A stretch of 64,000 nucleotides of DNA. Origin: Obrimoposthia wandeli. Lineage: Eukaryota. Shown in pieces: positions 1 through 13,500 of the stretch. A program made the position numbers and the translations under genes. The stretch is from the NCBI GenBank assembly GCA_977020255.1, contig CDROCS010002642.1, positions 124,001 through 188,000 on the forward strand, written 5' to 3'. Below the pieces are notes generated by a model. That model saw only the letters and a list, made by a program, of their open reading frames with translations, did not search any database and was not told the DNA's origin. Every line of letters begins with the position of its first letter. Position 1 is the first letter of the stretch.

Positions 1-155
1 ATCATCTGAATAGGATGGCAGAGGAAGTTAATTAAGGTGGCAGCGATTGTGTGGGACAAGTGTATTATAATTTCCCGCTATCTGGCTGCATATTGCCAGT
101 TTGATGTACACAATAACGCCAGCTCTTTCACTGATCAACAATGTACGTCAAACTG

Positions 156-290
156 AAAAATCGTAGCCCAGGTGACCGAAAACGACTGTTGGCAGGCCAG
201 AAGCAATACTGCCTCCAATCGGAAAAAAGTCGTAGCCCAGGTGACCGAAAACGACTGTTGGTGCGCCAGAAGCAATACTGCTTCCATCCG
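156..290. repeat. 69-bp tandem duplication
   Basis: tcgtagcccaggtgaccgaaaacgactgttgg...ccagaagcaatactgc starts at 161 and 230. Confidence 0.85.
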
Positions 291-1734
291 TTTCTGTGGG
301 CATCACACTGAACAATTGCAGGGCAGAAGTAATTAGGGAGGCCAAACAAGGAGATGCCTGTGTCCGGTATCTATCCCCCAACTGGCTGCCCAACCACCGT
401 CCTCAGACTCTAAGAGCAACCGGCAACTGTGATGAAGATGTTTGTTTATCAGGGCGGTTTTATGTACTCCCCACCATGGATAGACCACATTAGCAGAAAT
501 ATCAATCATTTTCACTGCGTCTAAAGTTACACTTGTTCTAATGAATTTCCATAAATACAAATATTTTCCCGTTTACTTCATTAATAAACTAAAAGGTGAC
601 GCAAAAATATCTAAAATAACTTGACATAGTTCGAAAATACTCGGTGCTGCGTTTTCCACTGAGTAATGAGCAGCATGATTTTAAAAAAAAATCCTGCTTT
701 CGAATTTAATAAATGTAAAATAAGGAATTTAGAAAAATGGGAACTATTTTGATCAGGGATATTTTTTTTGTTTATGATTTTTTTAATCTTACATGTTTGA
801 AAACATGTCATTTTTAAAAATAAACTTTTAATCTTTTAAAATATCGACTTTTACATATTTTTTGATTTGTTTTCATAAAATATTTCAATTACTTTATTCT
901 AATACATCATTATCAGCTACTACTTGCAAGGTTACAATAAAATTATTTACTAAAGTTGTACAATGTTCAAGATAAAATTACTTATAATATAGCTACACTA
1001 CTGAAATGGTTATGAACTCCGCGCTTCTCTGGAACAAATTATGACTTGCTCAGATATATACTCTACAAGACCCTATTATTTTACGTCGAGTTTATATGAC
1101 GACGGAATAACTACAATGGATCATTTATGGATTAGTTAAATAGATAATATGATGGATTAGTTATAAATGGGTATAATAATGAATTAATAAAATGGTGTAT
1201 TTTATATGTTAATACTAACAATTATTCGGTATTAAAAATTGATTTTTCGTAGCTTCTTTAATTGTTCCTCTTTGCTTACTCTTATTTTGCAATTATATTC
1301 GAAGCTTTTCTGTAACTATCTTTTTTCTACGACAATTTTATTCTGTTTTCTACTTTCTTCAGGCAACTCATAATTGCTGTTCAGTATCTTTTCTTCTAAA
1401 ATTTTCCTATTTTCCTTCTCTTATTGCTCTTATCTACTTCTTCTTCCTAACAATTTTCTTCTGTGACGTAATTTTTTAGCATTTCTACATTTCTAAGCCA
1501 ATTTTAATAAACCTACATTTATTAATTACACATAAAGTAATAAATTATGCATAAGTACGTACAACGCGTGTTCCTCTGGGTTCGACCTCGGTTCAATCCT
1601 ATTTTTGATTTATAATTCGTCAATTGTAGCGATTATAAGAAATTCAATATTCATTTCCATGTTTATGCTGATGGCACACAACTGTATTAAAACTGTATTA
1701 AAAATAAGAGTTTCATACATATCATTATTAATTT

Positions 1735-1960
1735 GAATATATTATTAATTTCAAAAGTAAAATAAAAAAACATTGGTTGCATCCTCGATGTAAACATTAC
1801 AAAGAACTGTCAAATTAATAAGGAAAAAAATCTGCAACAGTCATATAAAAAATATCTATCTAATAAGAAATACCTAACTACTGCGTTAACTACGATGCTA
1901 ACGCATGCGATTATTATACCAAGACTTGGTTTTCAATTTTTTATTCTAATCAATATTTCA
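1735..1960 (+). mobile_element. L2/CR1-type LINE fragment
   Basis: KNIGCILDVNITKNCQINK and LTHAIIIPRL; related copies at 23870-23960 and 24330-24550. Confidence 0.65.
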
Positions 1961-2949
1961 GTTTATTAATTAAATCGCTTACAAACATTTCCATAAATCA
2001 TGTGACACTAATCGGCTAATAAACTTTAAGCAGTCTAACAATTTTATTACTTTACCACTCGTTGGTTTCTTAAGCATCGAAATTTGTCTACGTTATGCGA
2101 ACTTCTCTCGATTTCAAAACTAGCTTTTTATTATTAATGGCAATTAATTCAAATATGTTACTGACAAATTGCGAGTAACATCAGTTTGAAAATCAGATCT
2201 TTGATTTATAGCCCAGTCCAGGTGATTTTGTGTGCGTGAGATTGTGGACTTTATCGTTTTATTATTGTCGTATTCGTTCAAGATATTTTTCTAAACTTAT
2301 GTGCTCATTAGAGGTTTCTATCAATTCTATCAATGATGTATCGAATTTTAATTAATAAGTATTTTTGGATTATCATAAGAACCTTATATTCTATCCGTGC
2401 TTCTAATGGAAGTCAATATATATATATATAATATGGTGTAATTGATTCAGCTTAGTTGAACCTAAACTTAATCGAACTGATTTGTTTAGAATTTGTTTGT
2501 AAATGATGAATCAGTTTATTTAGAAGGATTATGAACATTTAATTACATTAATCTAATCTAGAAGAAAAAACCGAACGTGTTACCATGATCACAACGTTTT
2601 TAAGAGTAAATATTAACGAAATTCGAAATTTTTCTTCTATGAAATTTGCGCGATTTCAATAAATTACAAAAATAAATGTTAAATTTAAACCAAATATAAT
2701 ATATTCAGTTTTACTTTGATTTAATTTCAGAATCTATTTTTCAACCAAATATCTGAATACTTTGTTTCGGATCGAATTTTACTTATATTTTAATAAATCA
2801 GCATAAGTTGTAATTTGAGTTCGTTCTTGTTAAATAACTTTCCAATTTCAGTTTTATGAAAATGAAATAAAACCGATTCAAGTTTTGAACCCTGTAACTC
2901 TAAATTGTGGATTTCCACTTTTTTAAAAAAAATATATTTCTAAATATCA

Positions 2950-3520
2950 CCACTTGTTTTCTATTTATTGAGTAACTTTTAATTCATTTCAGAACTCACA
3001 AACACATATCGAATTCAATTCATAAAGTAGAACATCATGGTGTACCGTGTCAAAATTTGTAGATACATATAGAAAGATATATAATACACATTTTTCTAAT
3101 AATGACCCAACTCAATATTTCATTAGTGATCCTAAGTAGAGCAGTTTCAGTAGAACTTAAAAATTTTAAAAATATATAATTTCTTTAAATTGAAACTGTT
3201 TTATCAATAATCTTAGAAAGAAATGTCAGATTAGAAACATACCACTAATTCGAAATAGTATTCATAGCACCTGACTTCTTCTAACAATAGTCGAATGACT
3301 GCACATTTTTTTATTAGGATAAATTCATTAATAGTGATTGGAAGATTCACTATTCCTTTAATAAGAGGTAAAACTATCTTCGAAACTCTTTAGTTTGACA
3401 ATAAAACTTTTGGTATTGGATCATTCTTACACGTAGTTGATTTATTTCAGTAGAAAATATTAGATCAACATTACAAAGAGTTTAATATTTTGTATTTAAT
3501 TTTAATCCTCAGAAACTCAT
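2950..3520 (-). mobile_element. L2/CR1-type LINE RT N-terminal fragment
   Basis: Minus strand STTCKNDPIP and FDTVHHDVLLYEL resemble KS..C.LDPIP and FDTVDH.ILL; boundaries approximate. Confidence 0.6.
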
Positions 3521-4371
3521 AATAGACAAATTATTCGAGAATTATTTATCAAGTAAATTATTGAGAAATATTAGCATTTTTTTATTTCGTTTTTATATTA
3601 CAATTTTATGTTCTGTATATGGTTCAATCAGTAAAACAAAATAATGTTACACTTCATAGTAACTGATGGATGGATACAATAAAAATATATAAAGAATGAT
3701 CTCCTTCCAATTACGAACCCATTCTAAATACTTTAAGAAATAACAATAACAATAAAGACCAAGTCTGGTGTCACGCTAGATTGATTATCCGTATTAAGTT
3801 ACCTATAGGGGCCAGTTTCACTGAAAATGAAAATTATAAGACGCTTTTGTAAAAAAATTATAAATTCTTTTGACTTAAGTTTCTTATTTTTTATTAATTT
3901 GCTACATACTAATGTGGATTTAGGATATTTTTAGAAGACGATGGCTAGAATTCCAAATGATTAATACTTAATTAGCTTTTCGTAAAACTGTTGGGGTTTC
4001 TATATGAAACTGATTTTCTAATACAGACCTCTGAATGGAGGGCCCCAACGTGAGTTCTATAGAAGCAGGACTTGTAGATGTTTGTGGCCTACTTAATGTT
4101 ATGCTTGCCTGTCTCAATTCTTATCTGAAGGTTTGTTATTTCTAATTTTGAAGGGTCTATAACAACGCTGTCTAGTTGTAGGAAATCGTTTATTACTAAG
4201 CACACTAAATTAACACGTCTAATTGCGTTCTAAAAATTACAATACAATTCCTAAGACTTTCGCAAAGTCTCTACACAAGTGGGGATGATCCACGTATCGA
4301 TTTTATTTTAGGGTTGGTGGGTCACTAGAGTCTTTACTCTAAATTGTGACAAGGTTAAAATGGTAGGTTTT

Positions 4372-4488
4372 TTGGAAGAGCTGTTTGCTCAAAAATAGGG
4401 ATTGAGTTTAGATTTTAGAGAGCTGGTTGCTCAAAAAATATGAATTGATTTTAGAGAGCAGGTTGCTCTAAAATAGGGAATGAGTTTA
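4372..4488. repeat. Three diverged 36-42-bp tandem units
   Basis: gagc(t/a)g(t/g)ttgctc(a/t)aaaat...ga(a/t)tga starts at 4378, 4420 and 4456. Confidence 0.7.
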
Positions 4489-6270
4489 TTCACGGTATAA
4501 ATTTCGGTTTCCGTTCTCTTTAGTCTTTATCAAAATATTCAGGTTATAATTCACAAAATTTCAGTTTATGTTCACGTTTCTACCTTTTATCCGAATTGGT
4601 CTGCTCGTCCTCGTGCCCTTCCTTGGTTCCGTATGGCTCGCTTCGAGATCGATCACCTATGCTCGGTCGGCGGGTTCCTTCCTTGGTTTCGTCTGTATCT
4701 CGAATTGCGCTCCCTGATCTAGCTTCGTTTTAGGTGGCGGTTTGAATTAGCATCTGTGATCCTGCACGTCTGTTTTTAGAGCATTCCTTTCCGGCTGCGC
4801 GCTTCACTTACTTTTATCACTTAATTTTAATACTGCTGCTGCACTTCTGAATTGGTTTTTGTTAATGCTCGGATTTTATCACGAGTCTTACAATTTATGA
4901 ATTCTGAATTTTAGGTCTCCTTTAATTTCTTTTTTGAGCCAGCCGATTTGTGCGTTTTTCAATTGAATGTTTTTCTTTTATAGCAGGCGAGTGAGTAATC
5001 TTCCCTGCAACTTTCCTTAATGGAACTAAGTAAATTTACTAGCACTTTAACTAAGTGCACCTACTTTGGGCTGGGTAATTGTCGGCTGTCCGGTTCCCAG
5101 TATTGTGGCTGCTTGGCTCCCACTTGCGGCTAATGGATTAATTCCGCTGCTATCTGTAAGGAAGAAATTAATTTAGCTAAGTGCTAATGTTTCTTACCTT
5201 GATTTATTTCTTGATTACTCTTCTTTCCTAATTTGATTTCTAGTTTTCGTAAATAACTTATTCTTTTTTGGGCCTTTTGGTAAATATTAAAATCCCTTAA
5301 ATACAGCACACGCTTACACATGACCTTCGTGGTCCTAATATTTTCCCACTGATTTTATTTTTATAATTTTAATTTTATAATTAATTTTATCTTAATTATA
5401 ACCTTGCTTTCAAGGATTTTTATTTTAGTATAAAAATGATTAATTATTTTAATTTAGTCAAAACCTAATCCTAACAAAACTAATAGCACTACACAATTTT
5501 TGATGATTAAATGGAACAATAAATTTCTAGAGCGTAATTTCCACTGATTTCAAGTATGATAAGCAAAATATTCCAGCATTTCCAGATGTTAAAAAATAAT
5601 TTAATATCGATTTTCAAATTATAATTATACATATATAATTATTTACGTATGAAGTTTCTTAAAAATACAAAAATTTGAGAAAAGTGAGATTGCCCGATTC
5701 ACCCTTCATGAATACAGATACTTTAAAAATGTCATTGGCGGATGAAACCGTTCGCCATGCTAATCACATAAATCAAATAAATTTTATGGAATATTGAAAA
5801 TGAAAAAACAGCTTAATTAGTGGAAAAGTAAATATGTTAAGGGGGATTGATGTATAAAAACTGATTCCAATAATAATATATTCAATTCAAAATAAATATA
5901 TGTTTTCCAACTCCAGTATAGTTTTTACAATAATTTGAGATTGATCACAATTTTAATACCACAAAAGACAAATTTGAAATTTTTATGTATTGATGCTGTA
6001 GATGTTCGTCTTTTCACTATTCTATTTATAGAATAGTTGATCCGGAAAATAGTCCATTGCGATCCGGGGGTTGGAGAGAGGGAGAGAGAGAGATAATTCT
6101 GCTGGTAGAGCAGAACAGTCGGCAATCTCGGCTCTGTACACACAACTACAGATGTAAGGCCGGAAAATATTGCCGCCTGTTTGACTTCTGGGCAGAGAAA
6201 TCCTGGACAGGTAAAAATAGATGGCACACAAAATCTGGCTTACATATAATACATACACACCAAACAGAAT

Positions 6271-6356
6271 GTGAGTGAGTGAGTAGGGAGAGTGAGTGAG
6301 CAAGTGATAGTGAGTGAGTGAGTAGTGAGAGTGAGTGAGTTGAGTGAGAAGTGAGA
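6271..6356. repeat. Imperfect (GTGA)n microsatellite
   Basis: Direct reading; source of the low-complexity His/Ser/Leu/Thr ORFs in the track. Confidence 0.85.
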
Positions 6357-7439
6357 GATGTATTTCATGTCTGCTGTGTGAGTGTGTGGAATTGTGCACT
6401 TGCGCACACCAACATCACATGTCGTCGATATTCCTCGGCACATGAAAGGGGGAATCTTTCCTTCTTTTCTCTGGCTTTTTATTATTGTTATCTCTGGCTT
6501 CGCGGAATCCACCGCGAAGTTAGAGATAACAAGCCATCTCCCTGATGAGCCTGGGCTTTTTCCCGTCGGAGATTAACCACTCTAAACTAAAATGCCAAAG
6601 TGCATATTTTATCTAAATAGAACTTTTCCCTAATTAAGGAAAGTTCTTAATTAATTCCTTAATTAATTAATTCTCATTTAAAAAAATTTTATATATATAT
6701 ATATTTTTTAAATAAATATTTATAAGATATTCCCAACAAATACATGTAAGCTATGAATGGCAAACATAGATTATTTCCTTTTCATGTTAGGTTTAATGTC
6801 CGATAATGACAATGGCCGTACGAACATGCAACATAACAAGACGAAGAATCGCATTCTAATTGGATATCTTATGTTTAGCAGTAAATTAATCTATTTCTCA
6901 TCGTAGAAAATAAAAAAATATTAGCTTGAATCCACCAATGGCATAGTCAAAAATAGGCGATTATTAAAAGTACTACGGCACATTTCAAAAAAATCATTTG
7001 AAACAAAACTAGCATCCAAATTTAAAAAAATAATTTTTTGCAAACATCTTAAAAATTACATTAAAAAGTTTGATGAAATCACATTTTACTAACTCTAAAC
7101 TGCTTAGTTATCAGATCAGCACCATTACTACATAAAGCAGACACATAATTAATAATTGAAACATAGTAGCTTAAACAGTATGATGATTCATTCGAGTGTA
7201 GCATCATATTGATCAGCTTGTTCAAAGACCAAACGTTTCAGAAAATCATCTGCGAGTTAATTAATAGAAATTAGTTCAAATTCAATGTAATCTAGGTTTA
7301 AAACGGTATCGCAAACTGAGCATGTGTGTCCGTGTGTTGTGTGCGTGTGTGCCTGAGACTGTGTGCATGCGAGAAAGTGAATGTCTCTTGTCATCAGTGA
7401 TACATTGCAACAGCTCAAAAATCTCAAGAAGATCACTTA

Positions 7440-7456
7440 CTCTCTCTCTCTCTCTC
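7440..7456. repeat. (TC)n microsatellite just upstream of the bestrophin ATG
   Basis: Direct reading. Confidence 0.8.
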
Positions 7457-7491
7457 GATCGCTCTTGCTGATCAATCATTTATCAACCAAG

Positions 7492-7562
7492 ATGTCGACT
7501 TCCTATTCTCATACAATCTCCAATGGTCAGAACGCATTGATATTTGTGAAGCTCCTTGCCAG
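7492..7562 (+). CDS. Bestrophin exon 1 (MSTSYSHTISNGQNALIFVKLLA-R)
   Basis: ATG at 7492; donor AG|gtatgt at 7563; resembles the bestrophin N-terminus MTxTY...LL.RW. Confidence 0.9.
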
Positions 7563-10500
7563 GTATGTAGTTTTGTCTTGATGTAGATGATAATGACAAT
7601 GATGCTACTCTATCTCAAGGTGGAAAGGAAGCCTCTACAAGTTGCTTTGGGTGGATTTAGCAGTCTATGTTGGGATGTTCTATGCCATTCATTTTCTCTA
7701 CAGGGGCTTGAATCTGAAGAATAAGAGGTGAGATTGACACACTGGTATGTGTGTGTACTAATTAAAATCCAGAGAAACTTCAATGAAATATGCGAATTGT
7801 TCTGTGAATTTATTTGATTATCAAACACAAATTGATTAATTAACGATATTGTAACTACAAAATAAAAAGAAGCAGTTTTTATTTTGTGCTTTCACTACTA
7901 ATATATTCTAAACGTTATAGTAGTGGAAATTGAAATATTCCCAATGAGTTTTCGAAATTTATATCCTATACAAAAAGTCTACTTTTAATTTTATATTAAA
8001 ATTTTAGCTATCTTTGTACATTTATCAAAGTCAATCAACATTTTATTTACCTTATATGTAGAGTGTTGTATGTAGACATCATACTGCTGTTAAATTGCCA
8101 TAAAAGATAAAAATTATCCAAACAAACATTAAATTATAATAAATTAATTACAAAAAATTCAATATGGGAATCATGTTTTCCAACGCATAAGGCATATTGT
8201 TTCACAAAACTGTTAAAAACATTCTCACCATTTCTAAGTTGACGAAACTTAAAATTGCTTCGCATAATTCTGCAGTTTTTGACTACTATTTGTTCTCGAA
8301 TTCCTGTAAATTTTCTCTCATATGATCAAAGTCAAAAATCATTGGCAGTAAGGTCAGGGCTTCGAGGAGGCCACTCAGCTGTAACTTATTTTCCTATCCA
8401 TTGTTTAGGAAGATTTTAGATAGACTGTATTCTAACAGCACTGAAGCGCTATCTTGCTGTAAATGGTCTCATGAAGAATTTTATAAGGATACGGTCATAA
8501 AATGAAATCATAGGCCAAACAGTTCATCGGATGATATAACACAAATTTATGGTAAATATATAAGCAAGACCTCCAAGATCAGTAAAATTGATCAAGACAA
8601 CCCTTAACCAGGCCCGGTTCTAGAACTTTTATGTGTGTAGGCGAGATGTATATTTGCCGCCCAAAAAAATTCAATTATTTTAAAATTGAAGAAAAATAGA
8701 AAAACAATATAACCTAAACTTAATTATGTATATATATTTATTTAATTAGAAACATTATATAAAAACAAAAATGAACATAAATAAATTCAATTTATACCAA
8801 AATAAAACATAACGCAAACAAATTAATTACCTTGCTTTTATTCTGCATCTTTGACTAATTCTTCCATGGATTTACTGGATAAATTTATTTCCGTTTTGAA
8901 AAAGTTTTTATTTTTCGCCGCCGTCGGCTAATAATTCTTATTAATTTTATTTTTGATTTGTTAAAAATGTTAAACTTTAATTTTATTTGCAATAATTCTT
9001 ATTAATATTATAAAAATGTTCTTTAATGCGAACTTCTTTAAATGTATGCGGACTATATGAAGAGAATAAAATTAATAATTGTAATATACAATTTGTATTG
9101 CATACTTTGTTTTATTATTGAATTACATATTTGACAATATATTTTAAAGTCGAAAAATTCTATTTCATTAAAAACAAAATAAAATAAGGTTATTGAAAGA
9201 GGTAAAACTCAAACGCAAATTAGTAGGGACTTCTCATTACACAAATCGAATAAACTGATAAATAAGATTCTGTAGAAATCATGATGACAAGGAAAATCCA
9301 AAAATTGGAAGCGTGTCAAGGTTTTATGCAATACTGACAATTTGTGCTTCAACAAACAAGTCCTGAAATGCATTGGAACAATCCAAAAATGTGCTGATGG
9401 AAAGTTGCCGAGTAAATATACAAAAGTAATATCATATTTTAGATGATAAATGTATGTTTTGAAGTTTCCTTTATTTTATTTATTTTGGGTTAAATCTTAT
9501 ATTGTGAACTTCCTATAATGCATACCGAAAGGTGTTGTTTTGTTAGAGTACGCATTATTGATGTCTGACTGTATTTCTGCTTTTCAAGAATATTCATTCC
9601 TATAACTAATATTTTGTGAATTTAGATTGAAACCTTTTTTCATGATATTACCGAAGTAGGTAAATTTGTTCGGTCTAATCCACCCCCTCGCCTCTAGGGA
9701 GGGCACCTTTGTCCTTTAAAACGTGTATGTGTGTATGAATTTCACTTCCGACCTTTAGGGATAAACCTAAGTAATCAAAGGGATTATAGAAGATGACAGG
9801 AATACAGATAACTCTATTGACCTCGTCAGTATCGCCTTGCGTAGACTTGAATTTAGATGATAATTTTGTGTGAATAAATGACTACATTTCTTATGCCCGT
9901 TAAAAGTAGAGGGATGACAAAAATATGTAGGTCAGACTTATATAGTTTTAGGAAAAAACAAAAATATAAGACCAAAATAAATTTCAGTACATTTATTAAA
10001 TAAGCACAAATATAAAACACCATATACATGTGCAGCAATTAAATAAACTACAAAAGCCAAATTGGAATCAACTTCATTCTGAAAATAATTTCCATCATAG
10101 ACATAATTAGGTATGTAAAATTCCAAAATATTTTAGAATTTATCAATATCTGAAAATAGATGAATGTGTCTAGTCTAATCCACACCTCCTGATTTGTTTT
10201 TTCAAACCGTACATGTGTGTATGAAGTACGTTTGTATGTAAAAATCTATACATGCCAAGATTTATTTCAAACTGAGACACCTACACTTTTAACCACACAA
10301 TAGCAGTTTACTAGTAACGTATGGTACAAAAGTCAAGATGGCGAACTGAAATTGGAAAATTAAGCGCAAATGATACTTGAATTCCACAAAGAGTGAGTTT
10401 GAACAGATGCATACGATTCTTGGCCTACCATTTAGGTTAGCTTCTAAAATCCCAATATATCATGACAATATGTCTTCACGTTTATCATTTGTACCATACT

Positions 10501-13500
10501 ATCACCACTGAAGCACTATACGAGACTTTATTAAAATGAATTATATGCAATAAAGTAAAGTATAAGCAGGCCCGGTTCTAGGCGTAGGCGACGTCGGCGA
10601 TAGCCGACGGCGGCACTTTTCCGAAATTTTTTAGGGCGGCATTTTCTTAATTTTATTTTTGATACTTTTTCAAAACAAAACGAAATAAATTTCAAAATCC
10701 ATGTAAAATTTTAAATTTTTCGTTATGTTTTCGCATTTTTCGTTTGTTTTGCAGTAACTATGTTTCCTGTTTATTAAGTATGAAATTATCTATTTAGCTC
10801 TAGCGTATACTAGATGGCGTTGATTACAATGCCATCTAGGTTTATTGGTTTTCTTGCTTTTAAAATGATTGGTTTTCTTGCTTTTGAAATTTGAATTTTT
10901 TGCTTAGGTGGCGGTGACTTTTCCGCGATTTAAATACCAAGTTTATACTGTAAAAATATTGCGTTCTTTTGTATGCATATTTCATTTTTGTTTAAAAAGT
11001 CGAAAAGGAAACAATAATAAAAAAGTTTTATAAGTAATAAATTAGAAATATTCAGTTCAAGTGTATCATAATATCAATATTTCATCTTAATATTTTATTG
11101 AGTAGGTAAGTAAATTTATCAAATATATAAATTTAGGTATATCATATAGTATACTTGTTTGTTTAAGTTTAAATTATTTAACCGATACGATACAACATCA
11201 TGGATCCTGGTAAGAGAAAATTAGGCTTCAACGTGAATCAAATTCTAACAAACAGAAGAATGCTTTATTGCAGTTTTTGGAAAGTTCATCAAGCGAAAAA
11301 GAACATGCACCTATAGCAGCTTCAAACCCAAATAACGACGAAATTGCAATCGAAGGCGGCGGAAACATAGAATATGTTGATAGTGTTACTGAAGGTGAAG
11401 ATTCTCAAAATCAAAATACTGAAGAACCAAAAAATTTAAATGAAGCCGAAATTATCTCCAATTTAAGTGAAGTTGGTCATGTTTTACAGAACGTCAATGA
11501 TATACAACAAAATGAAAATGGTGAAGATCAAAGTGGTCAAAACCCCAAAAATAATACAGATTTGCCTCCTAATTTTAATGACCCAGCAAACTGGCCTATA
11601 ATAATAGATGGTAAAATCAAAGTATTGCTGGTAAAAAATGGCCCAATTCAAAAAATGCAAGAATCATATCCCGAAGATGAACAAGGCAGAAAATTTTCCA
11701 GTTTCCATTTTTTTCGTCGAATGTCTAACGGTGATAAAATTAAACGTACTTGGCTGGTGTATTCTACTACGAAAGACACTGTATTTTGTTTTTGCTGTAA
11801 GATATTGAGTTTGAATAAATCATCCCTATCGTCGAACGTCGGTTGCCGAGATTGGAAAAACCTATCTGTTATTATCAAACGACATGAAACATCAAGTGCC
11901 CACACTACTACATATCTAAATTGGAGAGAGCTGGAGGCAAGACTTTTATCAGGATCTACCATTGATAATATTAATCAAAAAATCATTCAATCTGAAACTC
12001 AACATTGGCGACAAGTTCTTGAAAGAATAATAACGTTAATTAGGACTCTTGCTGGACAAAATTTAGCATTAAGAGGAACCTGTGAGAAACTTTTCGAACC
12101 AAATAACGGAAATTTTCTGAAGTTTATTGAATTCTTAGGAAACTATGATCCTATTATGAGTGAACATATTCGTAGAATAACAACAGCTGAAATTCACACC
12201 ACCTACCTCGGAAAAATAATTCAAAATGAAATTGTTGAATTGCTTGCCACTAAAATCAAAAATCACGTCTTAACAAAACTAAAACAAGCAAAATATTACT
12301 CACTTATTTTAGATTGTACCCCCGATATAAGCCACGTGGAGCAAATGACAGTTATTTTTAGGTTTATCAGTGTAACTGAATCTTCAAACAGATCTAAGGT
12401 CATAGTTTCTGAACATTTCGTTACTTTTCTTGAATTACAAGACACAACTGGAGCAAATATGATAAAAGTTGTTATCGATAAGTTGCAGGAATTAGGAGTG
12501 AATCTTGATGACATGAGAGGTCAAGGGTACGATAACGGAGCCAACATGTGCGGAAAATATAATGGTGTGCAAGCAAGAATTCGTCAAATAAATCCACGAG
12601 CTTTTTTCGTGCCTTGTAGTGCCCACTCGCTCAATTTGGTATTGAACGATGCAGCTAATTGTTGTTTGCAGGCTGTCGCATTCTTTGATCTAATTCAAGG
12701 CATTTATAACTTTTTCTCAGCATCAACTCACCGTTGGAGTGTATTATTAAACCACGTAAGCAATTTTACTGTAAAACCGTTAAGTGCCACTCGTTGGGAA
12801 AGTAGGGTAGATGCCGTTCGGGCGATTCGATTCCAGATTGGCGGAGTTTACGATGCACTAATTGAAATAGCTGAAGATAACACATTAATAACTGCACCAC
12901 AAGTCAAGAGTCGTGCAGAGGCAAAGGGAATAGCCAGAAATATTTCAAACTTCAAATTTGTTTGCTCCTTAGTATTGTGGTATGATATTTTATTCCAAAT
13001 TAACATTGTCAGCAAAATGCTGCAATCACAAACTTTAGATTTGTCACTAGCTTTAGAACATTTAAACGCTACCAAATCTTACTTATGCAATTATCGTAGT
13101 GATGAAGCATTTGCAGCAATGATAGAAAAGGCAAAAAAATTGGCAATTGAACTAGAAATTTTTGAAGGGTTTGATGAGGAAGAACCCATTCGCGTACGCA
13201 AAAAGAGCCGACAATTTCAATATGAAAGTCGTGATGAACCGATAGTAGCACTAGAACAAAATTTCAAAGTATTTTTTTTTAATCAGATATTGGACATCGC
13301 AATTGAAGCAATAAATGAAAGATTCTCGCAACTATCGGAATATAGCGAGTTATTTGGGTTTCTTTATAATATCGACCGCATGTATTTTACGGATGACGAA
13401 TTATTGAAATGCTGTAAGAACTTGCAGTTAGCGCTTACGTCTGATCGCCAATCCGATATTAACGGAGTCGAGCTTTGGGATGAAGTTAAAGCTATAGGCA

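Noticed and set aside
1570-1605. tRNA or SINE from box-B-like GGTTCGACC / GGTTCAATCC
   Set aside because: No box A at a suitable distance and no cloverleaf.
3769-4351. Solo LTR bounded by TGTCAC...GTGACA
   Set aside because: No matching TSD, and no PBS or polypurine tract at either side.
6022-6576. Cluster of short ORFs on both strands
   Set aside because: Produced by the (GTGA)n/(GA)n low-complexity tract; no recognisable domain.
7563-7619. Retention of the 57-nt intron 1 (multiple of 3)
   Set aside because: Contains an in-frame TGA (AGG TAT GTA GTT TTG TCT TGA).
11209-11274. Splicing rescue of the copy 1 frameshift through G|gtaaga
   Set aside because: The donor is phase 1, while the usable downstream acceptors (after 11255, 11258, 11273) are phase 0.
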